NCBI GenBank assembly: GCA_964492065.1
Contig: CAZBHH010000001.1
Coordinates: 225,845 to 289,844, forward strand
Source of the DNA: an uncultured Chitinophagales bacterium
GTDB lineage: Bacteria > Bacteroidota > Bacteroidia > Chitinophagales > BACL12
Length of the DNA stretch: 64,000 nucleotides
Direction: 5' to 3'
Part shown: in pieces, positions 36,442 to 45,206 of the stretch
How the letters are laid out: the number at the start of each line of letters is the position of its first letter
Position numbering within the stretch: position 1 is the first letter of the stretch
The notes under the pieces: generated by a model
Seen by the model: only the letters and a program-made list of their open reading frames with translations
Database searches by the model: none
Told to the model about the DNA's origin: nothing
Translations under genes and position numbers: made by a program

Positions 36442-37539
36442 ATGCGTGAAACAGCGATCCGCTATGCGAGACAAATGCAATTACCCAAGATCGGGGAGTC
36501 GGGGCAAGGGTTACTTGCCGCTGCAAGCGTATTGGTAGTAGGCGCCGGCGGTTTGGGCTGCCCGGTACTCTCCTATCTCGCCGCCGCCGGCATCGGCAGG
36601 TTGGGCGTTATCGATTTTGATACGCTGGAATTGTCAAACCTCCACCGGCAACCGCTATACGACACCATGGACGTCGGCCGGTTGAAGTCAAAAGCCATTA
36701 CCGACAAACTGCAGTTGTTAAATCCCGAAATTCAAATCATCCCCTATACCGATCGCCTTACGCAACACAATGCCCTGGATATTTTTAAATCCTATGCGAT
36801 TATCGTCGATTGTACGGATAATTTCAGCACGAGGTATATTATCAACGATGCATGCATACTGCTGAATAAGCCATTTGTCTATGGCAGTGTATTTCAATAC
36901 GAGGGACAAGTGGCGGTATTCAATTACAACGGCAGCGCTACCTATCGCTGCGTTTTCCCGCAACCACCGGCACATGGTACGGTTCCCGACTGCAATACCA
37001 GCGGCATTATCGGCACCATAACCGGCGTGATTGGCACATTGCAGGCGAACGAAGTCATCAAGATGATTTGTATGCCCGAGCATGTAATCCAAAACACGGT
37101 GCTCACCTGGAATGCACTCACACAGTCGATGTACACCCTGAATATTCAACGCAGCGCAGAGGCGTTAGCACTGGTCCCCGCAGACAAAAACTCTTTCAAC
37201 GCCTTCGACTATCCGGCTTTTTGCGGCGAGCCCGTGGTTCAAAAAGTCACGGCACAAGAGTTTGGCGCCTTAGACTTACAACAATTTTCATTAATCGATG
37301 TGCGGGATGCCAACGAGTTGCCACAGGCGGCATTTGAATGTATCAGTATTCCCTTTTCCACTATGGAGGCGGGTATAGAAGCTACGCCGCTAAAACCGCA
37401 GGCCATTGTTTTCTGCAACAGCGGATCACGCAGTATCCGGGCTATTCCACTGTTGCAGAAAAAATTCCCGGGCACGGAATTCATACATTTACAAGGCGGT
37501 ATTCAGTCATTACCTACGAATTATTCAACAATTACATAA
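36442..37539 (+). CDS. moeB: MoeB/ThiF-type adenylyltransferase fused to a C-terminal rhodanese domain (MOCS3/MoeZ-like)
   Basis: RYARQMQLP..VLVVGAGGLGCP is the E1-like nucleotide loop. It has CxxC pairs. The C-terminal rhodanese has the loop CNSGSRS. The start is ATG at 36442, not the track's 36406. Confidence 0.85.
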   Translation: MRETAIRYARQMQLPKIGESGQGLLAAASVLVVGAGGLGCPVLSYLAAAGIGRLGVIDFDTLELSNLHRQPLYDTMDVGRLKSKAITDKLQLLNPEIQIIPYTDRLTQHNALDIFKSYAIIVDCTDNFSTRYIINDACILLNKPFVYGSVFQYEGQVAVFNYNGSATYRCVFPQPPAHGTVPDCNTSGIIGTITGVIGTLQANEVIKMICMPEHVIQNTVLTWNALTQSMYTLNIQRSAEALALVPADKNSFNAFDYPAFCGEPVVQKVTAQEFGALDLQQFSLIDVRDANELPQAAFECISIPFSTMEAGIEATPLKPQAIVFCNSGSRSIRAIPLLQKKFPGTEFIHLQGGIQSLPTNYSTIT

Positions 37540-37983
37540 ATGCAGACACATAAAAAGAAACAGGTTTTTATCGAAGGGGCGATTACGCCTTCTTTTATTG
37601 CCGACAGCATTGCAAAACACAGTGCGAAAACGGATATCGGCGCACACAGCATATTTCTCGGGCAGGTGCGCAGCGATATCGCAGAAGGTAGTAAGGTAAC
37701 GGCGATTGAATACACGGCGTATATCGAGATGGCCGAAGCGGTGTTTCACACCATACGGGAGGATGCCTTTTCAAAATACCAACTCAGTTGTATGCATATT
37801 TATCACAGCCTGGGAACTGTGCGAGCCGGGGAAATCAGCTTATTCGTATTTACATCTTCGGCGCACCGGCGGGATGCAATCGATGCATGCAGCGAAATCG
37901 TAGAGCGCATTAAAAAAGAAGCGCCCGTCTGGGGCAAGGAGCTCCTGGAAGACGCAACACATCAGTGGAAACAGAATACCTAA
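37540..37983 (+). CDS. moaE: Molybdopterin synthase catalytic subunit MoaE
   Basis: 147 aa. It starts immediately after the moeB stop. MoaE-like motifs: IFLGQVR, VWGKE. Confidence 0.85.
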   Translation: MQTHKKKQVFIEGAITPSFIADSIAKHSAKTDIGAHSIFLGQVRSDIAEGSKVTAIEYTAYIEMAEAVFHTIREDAFSKYQLSCMHIYHSLGTVRAGEISLFVFTSSAHRRDAIDACSEIVERIKKEAPVWGKELLEDATHQWKQNT

Positions 37984-37987
37984 AATC

Positions 37988-38902
37988 ATGAATAATATAA
38001 CAGATAAAATATTTACACATCGCAGTGCCATTGCTTCTGCCATCGTCGCAACGAGCAGTGATACCACCATTCAATTGATTAATGACCACGCCATTCCGAA
38101 GGGCAATATTTTCGAAATGAGCAAAGCCGCCGCATTACTCGCCATAAAAAATACCAGTAATGTCATTCCCGACTGTCATCCGCTGCCGGTAGAGTTTGCT
38201 TCTGTCAATGCACAGATAAACGGATTGGAAATTCATATTCGTGTAGAAGTCCAAACAATTTATAAAACGGGCGTGGAAGTGGAGGCGATGCACGGGGCTG
38301 CCATTGCTGCATTGACTATGTACGACATGCTGAAACCCGTTGACAAAGGGGTGGTGATAAAAGAAATTCGCCTGGCGGAGAAGCGGGGAGGAAAATCGCA
38401 ATACCGCGATATTCTTTCAACGCCGGTTAGTTCTGCAGTAATCGTGTGTTCCGACTCCGTTGCTGCAGGCAAAAAACAGGATAAAGCCGGAAAAGCGGTG
38501 ATCGATAAACTAAAGCCCTACCCAATAGAAATAGCCACCTATGAAATAATACCGGATGAGCCCGAAATACTCAGGCAAAAAGTAAACGACCTGTTAGCCC
38601 GAAATATCCGGTTAATACTCATATCCGGAGGTACGGGGCTGTCAAAACGAGACACCACACCGGAGGTTATACAGCCCATGCTGGAACGTGAAATCCCCGG
38701 TATCATGGAAGCAGCGAGGAGTTATGGGCAACAACGCATGCCGTACGCTATGCTGAGCCGCGGCGTAGCGGGTATGATCGGCGATAGCGTCATCATCACC
38801 CTGCCGGGTTCCACACGGGGCACAGAGGAAACGCTGGATGCGCTGTTTCCCCATGTGCTGCATATCTTTAAAGTAGCCAAAGGCGCCAGGCACGATGCGT
38901 AA
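37988..38902 (+). CDS. moaC: Bifunctional MoaC (cPMP synthase) / MoaB-Mog (MoCF_biosynth) fusion
   Basis: The N-terminal half is MoaC (IPDCHPLP, VEAMHGAAIAALTMYDMLK). The C-terminal half is MoaB/Mog-like (ILISGGTGLSKRDTTPE, LPGST). Confidence 0.85.
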   Translation: MNNITDKIFTHRSAIASAIVATSSDTTIQLINDHAIPKGNIFEMSKAAALLAIKNTSNVIPDCHPLPVEFASVNAQINGLEIHIRVEVQTIYKTGVEVEAMHGAAIAALTMYDMLKPVDKGVVIKEIRLAEKRGGKSQYRDILSTPVSSAVIVCSDSVAAGKKQDKAGKAVIDKLKPYPIEIATYEIIPDEPEILRQKVNDLLARNIRLILISGGTGLSKRDTTPEVIQPMLEREIPGIMEAARSYGQQRMPYAMLSRGVAGMIGDSVIITLPGSTRGTEETLDALFPHVLHIFKVAKGARHDA

Positions 38903-38959
38903 TCTGCGGAAAATACACGTGAAAGCGGCGCCTGAAATGCATAATGCTCCCCGCTCCTG

Positions 38960-39511
38960 TCAACTGCGGTTATAGTTAATTTTTAACTCGCGGGTGGCCT
39001 TTTTCAAATCGCCTTCCGCCCCTATCGCATTCCAGAATGCCGGAAATTCCTTTTCGATTTTCTCCAGGTGCATCACCATAGTATGCGTCTTGTTTTTCAG
39101 AAACATCCGGATATTGGTATTTACGGTGTCCACGTAGAAGCTGCAGATACGCACCTTATCCTTCCCGGTTAGAAATAGGGTGGGCGTAAATAAAATTCCC
39201 TCGCTAAATGCCCTGATAATGCTGCCCTTATTCTTCCAGCGCCGGTTAAAGCTATCAATAGTGGCTTCCCTGTTGCGCAGCAGATGGACATAAAAGGCAT
39301 TATCGCCGTACATATCTTCTATGGCGCCCAGGAACCAGGCAAGCCGGTTATCGGCCTCAATATGATTTTCCGGAAAGACAATCCGGTCATCACCTGTCCG
39401 TTTTGACCTACTTTCATGGCCACTGGTATAGTTGGTTATGTGTTTGCATGCTTTTATGAAGGTGGAGGAACCGCTTCTACCGGTACAAAGGATAAATACT
39501 TGCATTACCAT
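38960..39511 (-). CDS. Stf0-like sulfotransferase-family protein (putative)
   Basis: The N-terminus (MVMQ)VFILCTGRSGSSTF resembles the PAPS 5'-phosphosulfate-binding loop of sulfotransferases. I prefer the ATG at 39511 or 39505 to the track's TTG at 39559. Confidence 0.5.
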   Translation of the reverse strand: MVMQVFILCTGRSGSSTFIKACKHITNYTSGHESRSKRTGDDRIVFPENHIEADNRLAWFLGAIEDMYGDNAFYVHLLRNREATIDSFNRRWKNKGSIIRAFSEGILFTPTLFLTGKDKVRICSFYVDTVNTNIRMFLKNKTHTMVMHLEKIEKEFPAFWNAIGAEGDLKKATRELKINYNRS

Positions 39512-39617
39512 TCTACAATTGAGGTTTGTAAAATAAAAAAAAAGAATTGCTCTTACCAAAATTTTGCGGAGGTGTACAATTGAGGCTCTTTCATTTACAT
39601 GGAAAAACAGGAATCAT

Positions 39618-39625
39618 TACATTTG
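39618..39625 (+). promoter_or_regulatory. Candidate -7 box TACATTTG (fhs)
   Basis: Exact TAnnTTTG, 19 nt upstream of ATG 39645. It lies inside the ORF-track N-terminal extension. Confidence 0.4.
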
Positions 39626-39644
39626 TCGCAAACAATTAATTGCA

Positions 39645-41321
39645 ATGAGCCCATTTCCTACGGATATTGAAATAGCGCAGAGTGCTGCTATTCAACCTAT
39701 CGCTTCGATAGCAGCCAAACTCGGCATCAACAGCGACGACCTCGATTTTTACGGCAAATACAAAGCGAAACTTCCGCTCTCATTTATAGATGAAGAAAAA
39801 ATCAAAAAGTCCAAACTCATCCTGGTAACGGCAATTAATCCCACACCTGCCGGCGAAGGCAAGACCACGGTATGTATCGGTCTGAATGAAGGGTTGAATA
39901 AAATAGGGAAAAAAGCGGTAGTGGTATTGCGTGAGCCCTCGTTGGGGCCGGTATTCGGAATGAAAGGCGGCGCCGCAGGCGGCGGATATACCCAGGTAAT
40001 ACCCATGGAGGATATCAACCTGCATTTCACCGGTGATTTTGCAGCGGTAGAAAAGGCGAACAACCTGTTAAGTGCACTTATCGACAATAACTTAAATAAT
40101 AAAGTCAACCTCGGGATCGACCCTCGCACCATTAAATGGAAACGGGTTATGGATATGAACGACCGGTCGCTGCGCCATATCGTAATCGGCCTGGGCGGAA
40201 CGACCAATGGCATTCCGAGAGAAGACGGTTTCAATATAACTCCGGCATCGGAGGTAATGGCCATATTATGTATGTCCACCAGCTTTGCCGATTTGAAAAA
40301 ACGGCTGGGAGATATTTATATCGGGCAGACCTTTGATAAAAAACCGGTATTTGCCCGCGACCTGAAAGCCGGCGGCGCTATGGCCTTGTTGTTAAAGGAT
40401 GCCATAAAGCCCAACCTGGTGCAGACGCTGGAAGGCAATCCCGCGATAATTCACGGGGGGCCGTTTGCAAATATTGCCCAGGGAACAAACACCATCCTGG
40501 CGACCAAAATGGGGCTCAGCCTGTGCGATTACGTAGTTACGGAAGCCGGATTCGGCGCCGACTTGGGAGCCGAGAAATTTATGGATATCAAGTGCGGTTA
40601 TGCCGGTTTCGGCCCGGATGCCATTGTGATAATCGCAACAATTCGGGCTTTGCGGCATCACGGCGGAGCAAAGAAGGACGAGTACAATACGGCCAGCATA
40701 GAACGGGTGCGCAAGGGCATGGAAAACCTGGAAAAACATATTGAAAATTGCAAGAAATTCGGCCTGTTACCCGTGGTGGCCATCAATAGTTTCCCGACAG
40801 ATTCCGCCGAAGAGGTGCAACTGGTAATCGACCGCTGCGCCGAACTCGGCGTGAAGGCAGTGGTGAGCGACGGATTTGCCAAAGGCGGCGCCGGTGCAAC
40901 TCAATTTGCCCAGGCGGTTGTCGAAAATATCGACAGCGGAGTAAACCACTTTAAAAAGTTATACGACTGGGCATTACCGGTTGAGGAAAAAATCAAGACG
41001 ATTGCAACGGAAATTTACGGGGCCGACGGCGTCGAGTATTCCTCTGCTGCAAAATCGCAATTAAAGATGATCAAGGAGTTAGGGTTCGACCATATGCCCG
41101 TCTGCATGGCAAAAACTCAAAAATCGCTGAGCGATAATGAAAAACTTACCGGCCGGCCAAGAAACTTCACCATTACCGTCCGCGAGTTTGAATTTGCCGC
41201 CGGCGCCGGATTCGTAATTCCAATTCTCGGCGATATGATGCGCATGCCGGGGCTGCCCGCTATCCCCGCCTCCGAAGGCATGGACATCGACGACAACGGT
41301 AAGATAACCGGCCTGCAGTAA
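39645..41321 (+). CDS. fhs: Formate--tetrahydrofolate ligase
   Basis: TDIEIAQ, TPAGEGKTT, GPVFGMKGGAAGGGY, EAGFGADLGAEKF. The start is ATG at 39645, 19 nt after a TACATTTG box. Confidence 0.95.
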   Translation: MSPFPTDIEIAQSAAIQPIASIAAKLGINSDDLDFYGKYKAKLPLSFIDEEKIKKSKLILVTAINPTPAGEGKTTVCIGLNEGLNKIGKKAVVVLREPSLGPVFGMKGGAAGGGYTQVIPMEDINLHFTGDFAAVEKANNLLSALIDNNLNNKVNLGIDPRTIKWKRVMDMNDRSLRHIVIGLGGTTNGIPREDGFNITPASEVMAILCMSTSFADLKKRLGDIYIGQTFDKKPVFARDLKAGGAMALLLKDAIKPNLVQTLEGNPAIIHGGPFANIAQGTNTILATKMGLSLCDYVVTEAGFGADLGAEKFMDIKCGYAGFGPDAIVIIATIRALRHHGGAKKDEYNTASIERVRKGMENLEKHIENCKKFGLLPVVAINSFPTDSAEEVQLVIDRCAELGVKAVVSDGFAKGGAGATQFAQAVVENIDSGVNHFKKLYDWALPVEEKIKTIATEIYGADGVEYSSAAKSQLKMIKELGFDHMPVCMAKTQKSLSDNEKLTGRPRNFTITVREFEFAAGAGFVIPILGDMMRMPGLPAIPASEGMDIDDNGKITGLQ

Positions 41322-41419
41322 TCAGTGAATCATGCGAGGTAGCTTTCCCGTTGCAGGTGAAAAATGCGCATAGGGGCAGGGTGTGTAATATAATCTGGTA
41401 TAAATCCAAAGCGTTATTA

Positions 41420-41427
41420 TACCTTTG
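41420..41427 (+). promoter_or_regulatory. Candidate -7 box TACCTTTG (SPOR-M20 pair)
   Basis: Exact TAnnTTTG, 15 nt upstream of ATG 41443. Confidence 0.35.
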
Positions 41428-41442
41428 AATGAACGGATTTAA

Positions 41443-41838
41443 ATGTATTCCATGCGCATTGCTTTGATATGTATAATACTTTGCTGTTACAGTGCGATAC
41501 AGGCACAGTCGGGCAATATCGTTATTCACGACAATGCCGGCGCCAACGCATTGGTAGAGAAATATATCCTGTTTAATACGACGCACAACAAACTTCCCGG
41601 ATGGCGGATTCAAATCCTTTCGACCCCGCAGTTGAGCGAAGCAAAAAAAGAAAAGGGAAAGCTGATACAACAATTTTTGGAAATGCATGCCACTATCATT
41701 TTTGAGGCGCCCAATTACAAAGTGCGTGTAGGTGATTACCGCAACAGAATAGATGCCACCCGCGACTTACAGGAATTGATTCTCTATTATCCCAATGCAT
41801 TTATTTGCAAAGACCTGGTGGATGTGAAACGATTATGA
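41443..41838 (+). CDS. SPOR-domain (peptidoglycan-binding) protein
   Basis: 131 aa with a signal/anchor sequence. GWRIQI...YKVRVGDYRNRIDA is typical of SPOR. Confidence 0.7.
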   Translation: MYSMRIALICIILCCYSAIQAQSGNIVIHDNAGANALVEKYILFNTTHNKLPGWRIQILSTPQLSEAKKEKGKLIQQFLEMHATIIFEAPNYKVRVGDYRNRIDATRDLQELILYYPNAFICKDLVDVKRL

Positions 41839-43022
41839 ACCAGATAAAAAATCAAATCCAGCAATTAGCTGCCTCCTATTTTGAAGAAATCCGCAGCATC
41901 CGCCGGCACCTGCACGCTCATCCCGAATTGAGTTTTGAAGAGTACAACACCGCCGCTTTTGTCGCAGAAAAGCTTTCGGAGTTTGGAATTCCATTTACGG
42001 GCGGCGTGGCCAAAACCGGCATCCTCGCAATCGTGGAAGGTAAGGCGACGGGAAAGACGATTGCGCTGCGTGCGGATATGGATGCCCTGCCTATCACCGA
42101 AAGCAATGCGGTGGAATACCGGTCGCAAAATACCGGCGTGATGCATGCCTGCGGCCACGATGTGCATACCGCCTGCCTGTTAGGAGCGGGAAAAATATTA
42201 AACACATTAAAACATACGTTTAATGGGACCATTAAATTGGTGTTTCAACCATCCGAAGAACGCATGCCCAGCGGAGCACAGGCGATGATCCGCGAAGGCG
42301 TATTGGAAAATCCGGATGTGGATTTAATGTTCGGTCAACATGTCTTTACGCCGTATAAAGTAGGCACCCTTGCATTTTGCCCCGGCAAAATGATGGCATC
42401 CACCGATGAGTTATACATCACTATAACCGGCAAAGGCGGTCATGCAGCCTACCCGCATCAGTTGGTTGACCCGGTGGTAATCGCAGCCCAGGTTATTACG
42501 GCTTTGCAACAATTGATCAGCCGAGCGATTTCACCCACCGACAGCGCTGTAATCAGTATTGGAAAGGTAATCGCCAACGGCGCAACGAACGTGATACCCG
42601 ACGATGTACAAATGGAAGGCACCTTGCGGACAATGGATGAAAAGGTGCGACAATTATTACACGAAAAAATTACCGGTACAATACAAGGCATGGCAGGTGC
42701 GATGGGCGCCCGTGCCGATATCCAAATAAAAATCGGCTACCCCTCGCTGGTAAATGATATCGGGCTCACCCACCGAAGCATCGCCAATGCAAAAGAATAT
42801 TTAGGCGACGCAAATGTGTTTATCGCCGAGCCGCGAATGGGCGCCGAGGATTTTGCCTTTTATGCACAGCAAGTCCCCGCCTGTTTCTACCGCCTGGGAA
42901 CCGGCAACCCCGAAAAGGGAATTACCTCCAACATTCATACACCGACATTTGATATTGACGAGGAGGCTTTAATTACAGGTATGGGATTTATGGCGTATAA
43001 CGCATTGATGGCTCTGGGTTAA
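41835..43022 (+). CDS. M20D-family amidohydrolase (N-acyl-amino-acid deacylase-like)
   Basis: RRHLHAHPELSFEE, MHACGHD, GKGGHAA, GAEDF. The ATG at 41835 overlaps the SPOR stop (ATGA). Confidence 0.85.
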   Translation: MNQIKNQIQQLAASYFEEIRSIRRHLHAHPELSFEEYNTAAFVAEKLSEFGIPFTGGVAKTGILAIVEGKATGKTIALRADMDALPITESNAVEYRSQNTGVMHACGHDVHTACLLGAGKILNTLKHTFNGTIKLVFQPSEERMPSGAQAMIREGVLENPDVDLMFGQHVFTPYKVGTLAFCPGKMMASTDELYITITGKGGHAAYPHQLVDPVVIAAQVITALQQLISRAISPTDSAVISIGKVIANGATNVIPDDVQMEGTLRTMDEKVRQLLHEKITGTIQGMAGAMGARADIQIKIGYPSLVNDIGLTHRSIANAKEYLGDANVFIAEPRMGAEDFAFYAQQVPACFYRLGTGNPEKGITSNIHTPTFDIDEEALITGMGFMAYNALMALG

Positions 43023-43106
43023 TACCCGCAGAAACCGGAATTACACATCCCGGCCATATCTAAACCGGGAAACAGCAGGGAGGTGTGCAGCTATTGGATA
43101 CATCAT

Positions 43107-43478
43107 TTATACCCAGTACGCATACCCTAAGGGTGGCTGATACCCGAATACCTCCTGGAGCACATAGGCAAAAGTTCCCAGAACGACATACAAATAACTG
43201 CGCACAAATACCTTTAAGGGTTTTCTCGGGAAATAGATATTGAACTTTTCCAGCAAATAAGCATAGAAGGTAAAATCCTTGTCTTCCTCGATATTATGCG
43301 CCGCATTCATCAGGCAACGGTTAAAAAACACGAACTGCAGCAATACAATGCCATAGGCTATCCACATTACCCACCAGTCAACGAGAAAGGGCCCCACCCA
43401 CGACAAAATGGTTACCGAAAGGTGCACGTAAAACATGGTATTGATCTGAGTGGGTATCGGCTGGCGTTGATTCTCCAT
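43107..43478 (-). CDS. Hypothetical membrane protein
   Basis: 123 aa with about 3 hydrophobic helices. I recognise no motif. Confidence 0.45.
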   Translation of the reverse strand: MENQRQPIPTQINTMFYVHLSVTILSWVGPFLVDWWVMWIAYGIVLLQFVFFNRCLMNAAHNIEEDKDFTFYAYLLEKFNIYFPRKPLKVFVRSYLYVVLGTFAYVLQEVFGYQPPLGYAYWV

Positions 43479-43653
43479 TGTGCTAAAATACTAATACAAT
43501 TCTGAACTTCATTCAAAATCATTTAAAATGACTTAAATCAATTATAAAAAAAAAGGTCACTGTTTAACATTATATTTGAAAATTCCCCCGGCAAATTAAC
43601 AATTGTTATCTTAAAATTTAAATTGTATTTACACGTTGCATTTTAATCCAAAA

Positions 43654-43661
43654 TATTTTTG
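43654..43661 (+). promoter_or_regulatory. Candidate -7 box TATTTTTG (response regulator)
   Basis: Exact TAnnTTTG, 18 nt upstream of GTG 43680. Confidence 0.35.
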
Positions 43662-43679
43662 CGTTGATAAAAGCTTTAA

Positions 43680-44432
43680 GTGCTTAAACCAATTGAAATT
43701 ACTTATCCTTTTAACCGTAAAACGTTGGAATCAACCTTAAGCAACATTAAAATATTATATGTAGAAGATGATGAAACCCTCGCATTTGTAACTATTGACA
43801 ATCTCAGCAGGAAGGGTTATATCATCACGCATTGCAAAGATGGATTAGAGGCAATTAAGACATTTCAGTCTGAAAAATTCGACCTGTGTATTCTGGATAT
43901 CATGTTGCCGCAGATCGACGGTTACGCCGTAGCTCAGATCATTCGCAACACAAATGAAACCATCCCGATAATATTTCTTTCAGCAAAATCAACGCTGGAT
44001 GACAAGCTGCTGGCATTGCGCACCGGCGGCGATGATTTTTTGTACAAGCCTTTCAGCATGAATGAGCTGATCATGCGCATACAGGTGTTTTTGCGCCGCA
44101 GCGGCGAAAAAAATAAAAAGGCAAAGCTAACCGACGAGGTACTGCAAATCGGTGAATTCAAATTCAATCCCGCATTGCGTCAAGTGTCAATCAATCAACA
44201 AATAAAAACATTGAGCAACGGCGAATCGAAGTTGTTGTACTTACTCGCTTCCAATATCAATAATATCGTGTACAAGGAAGACATCCGGGCGCAAAATGAA
44301 ATCAACGGCCGCTTCTCATCCAAGAGTTTAAATACCAATATTTCAAAACTCAGACGGCTGTTGGAGACAAACCCCAAAATAACGATTGAAAACGTGCGTG
44401 AAATCGGTTTCCGGTTGCGGGTGATTGACTAA
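43680..44432 (+). CDS. OmpR/PhoB-type response regulator (orphan)
   Basis: Receiver domain: ILYVEDDE, LCILDIMLP, LSAKS, KPF. Winged-helix output domain at the C-terminus. There is no in-frame ATG before the receiver. GTG at 43680 lies 18 nt after a TATTTTTG box, and TTG at 43725 is the alternative start. Confidence 0.8.
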   Translation: MLKPIEITYPFNRKTLESTLSNIKILYVEDDETLAFVTIDNLSRKGYIITHCKDGLEAIKTFQSEKFDLCILDIMLPQIDGYAVAQIIRNTNETIPIIFLSAKSTLDDKLLALRTGGDDFLYKPFSMNELIMRIQVFLRRSGEKNKKAKLTDEVLQIGEFKFNPALRQVSINQQIKTLSNGESKLLYLLASNINNIVYKEDIRAQNEINGRFSSKSLNTNISKLRRLLETNPKITIENVREIGFRLRVID

Positions 44433-44438
44433 GAAGAA

Positions 44439-45206
44439 TTACAAATCCTTGCGCATGAAGATGCGCCTCGCCACAATAGCGGGAATTGCAATCCAAATAA
44501 ATAATATTCCCGCCGAAAGCAACATCCCCAAATTGCTGCCGAAGAATTTATTGTATAGTGCGCCCGTATAACCCATCAATGCAGACAAGTCTAATTGGAG
44601 AAGCACCAAAATCCTGGAAAGATCTACGGGGTTTAGCGCCGTCAGGATGAGAATGGGCTGTTCCAGCGGATAATCGGAAAAGCTGAAAACGATCCACAAC
44701 AACAATCCATCGTAAATCAGCGCAAAGAAAAACCACAGTAGAATAGACATGCCAATGCCCCTTGATTTATCCCGTGCAATAACCGAAGTGAGAACAGCCA
44801 GGCTGATGAATACCAGTGTCAGCAACAGGGCAGATATCACCAACAATCCGCCTGCCCACACCGGGAAATACATTAATACCGGTATGCCGATTCCGATAAC
44901 GACCGCAGCGCACATGGCGATGGACAAGCTGAAAAACTGGCCCAGGATAATTGTACTGCGCTTTACGGGTTGTGCGAGCAGCAATTCCGTAAACTCAGAA
45001 GCATTGTATTGGTGAATGGTTGAGAAAATGATACTCACCATCGGCAAAACGATCAACACTATATTCAACAGACTCATCACTCCCTTCACGGGGTTTACAT
45101 CGAGGTTAAAAAAGCTGACCGAGACTAAAAATAAAAATACGGTATAGGAAACCACCACCCGGTTGCGCAGAATATCGTGCAGATTGTATTTAATAATATT
45201 GATCAT
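44439..45206 (-). CDS. nosY: NosY, ABC-2 permease of the NosDFY complex
   Basis: 255 aa with 6 TMs. It is ATGA-coupled to nosF and is the last gene of the nos cluster. Confidence 0.8.
   Translation of the reverse strand: MINIIKYNLHDILRNRVVVSYTVFLFLVSVSFFNLDVNPVKGVMSLLNIVLIVLPMVSIIFSTIHQYNASEFTELLLAQPVKRSTIILGQFFSLSIAMCAAVVIGIGIPVLMYFPVWAGGLLVISALLLTLVFISLAVLTSVIARDKSRGIGMSILLWFFFALIYDGLLLWIVFSFSDYPLEQPILILTALNPVDLSRILVLLQLDLSALMGYTGALYNKFFGSNLGMLLSAGILFIWIAIPAIVARRIFMRKDL

Noticed and set aside
39512-39644. Possible ZTP or THF riboswitch upstream of fhs.
   Set aside because: A TACATTTG box 19 nt from the ATG leaves no room for an aptamer, and no conserved core was seen.
43478-43680. Several short AT-only palindromes (TCATTT-a-AAATGA, TAACAATTGTTA, AATTTAAATT) in the spacer upstream of the response regulator.
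   Set aside because: The region is very AT-rich and the arms are only 5-6 bp, so these are expected by chance. There is no shared motif among them.
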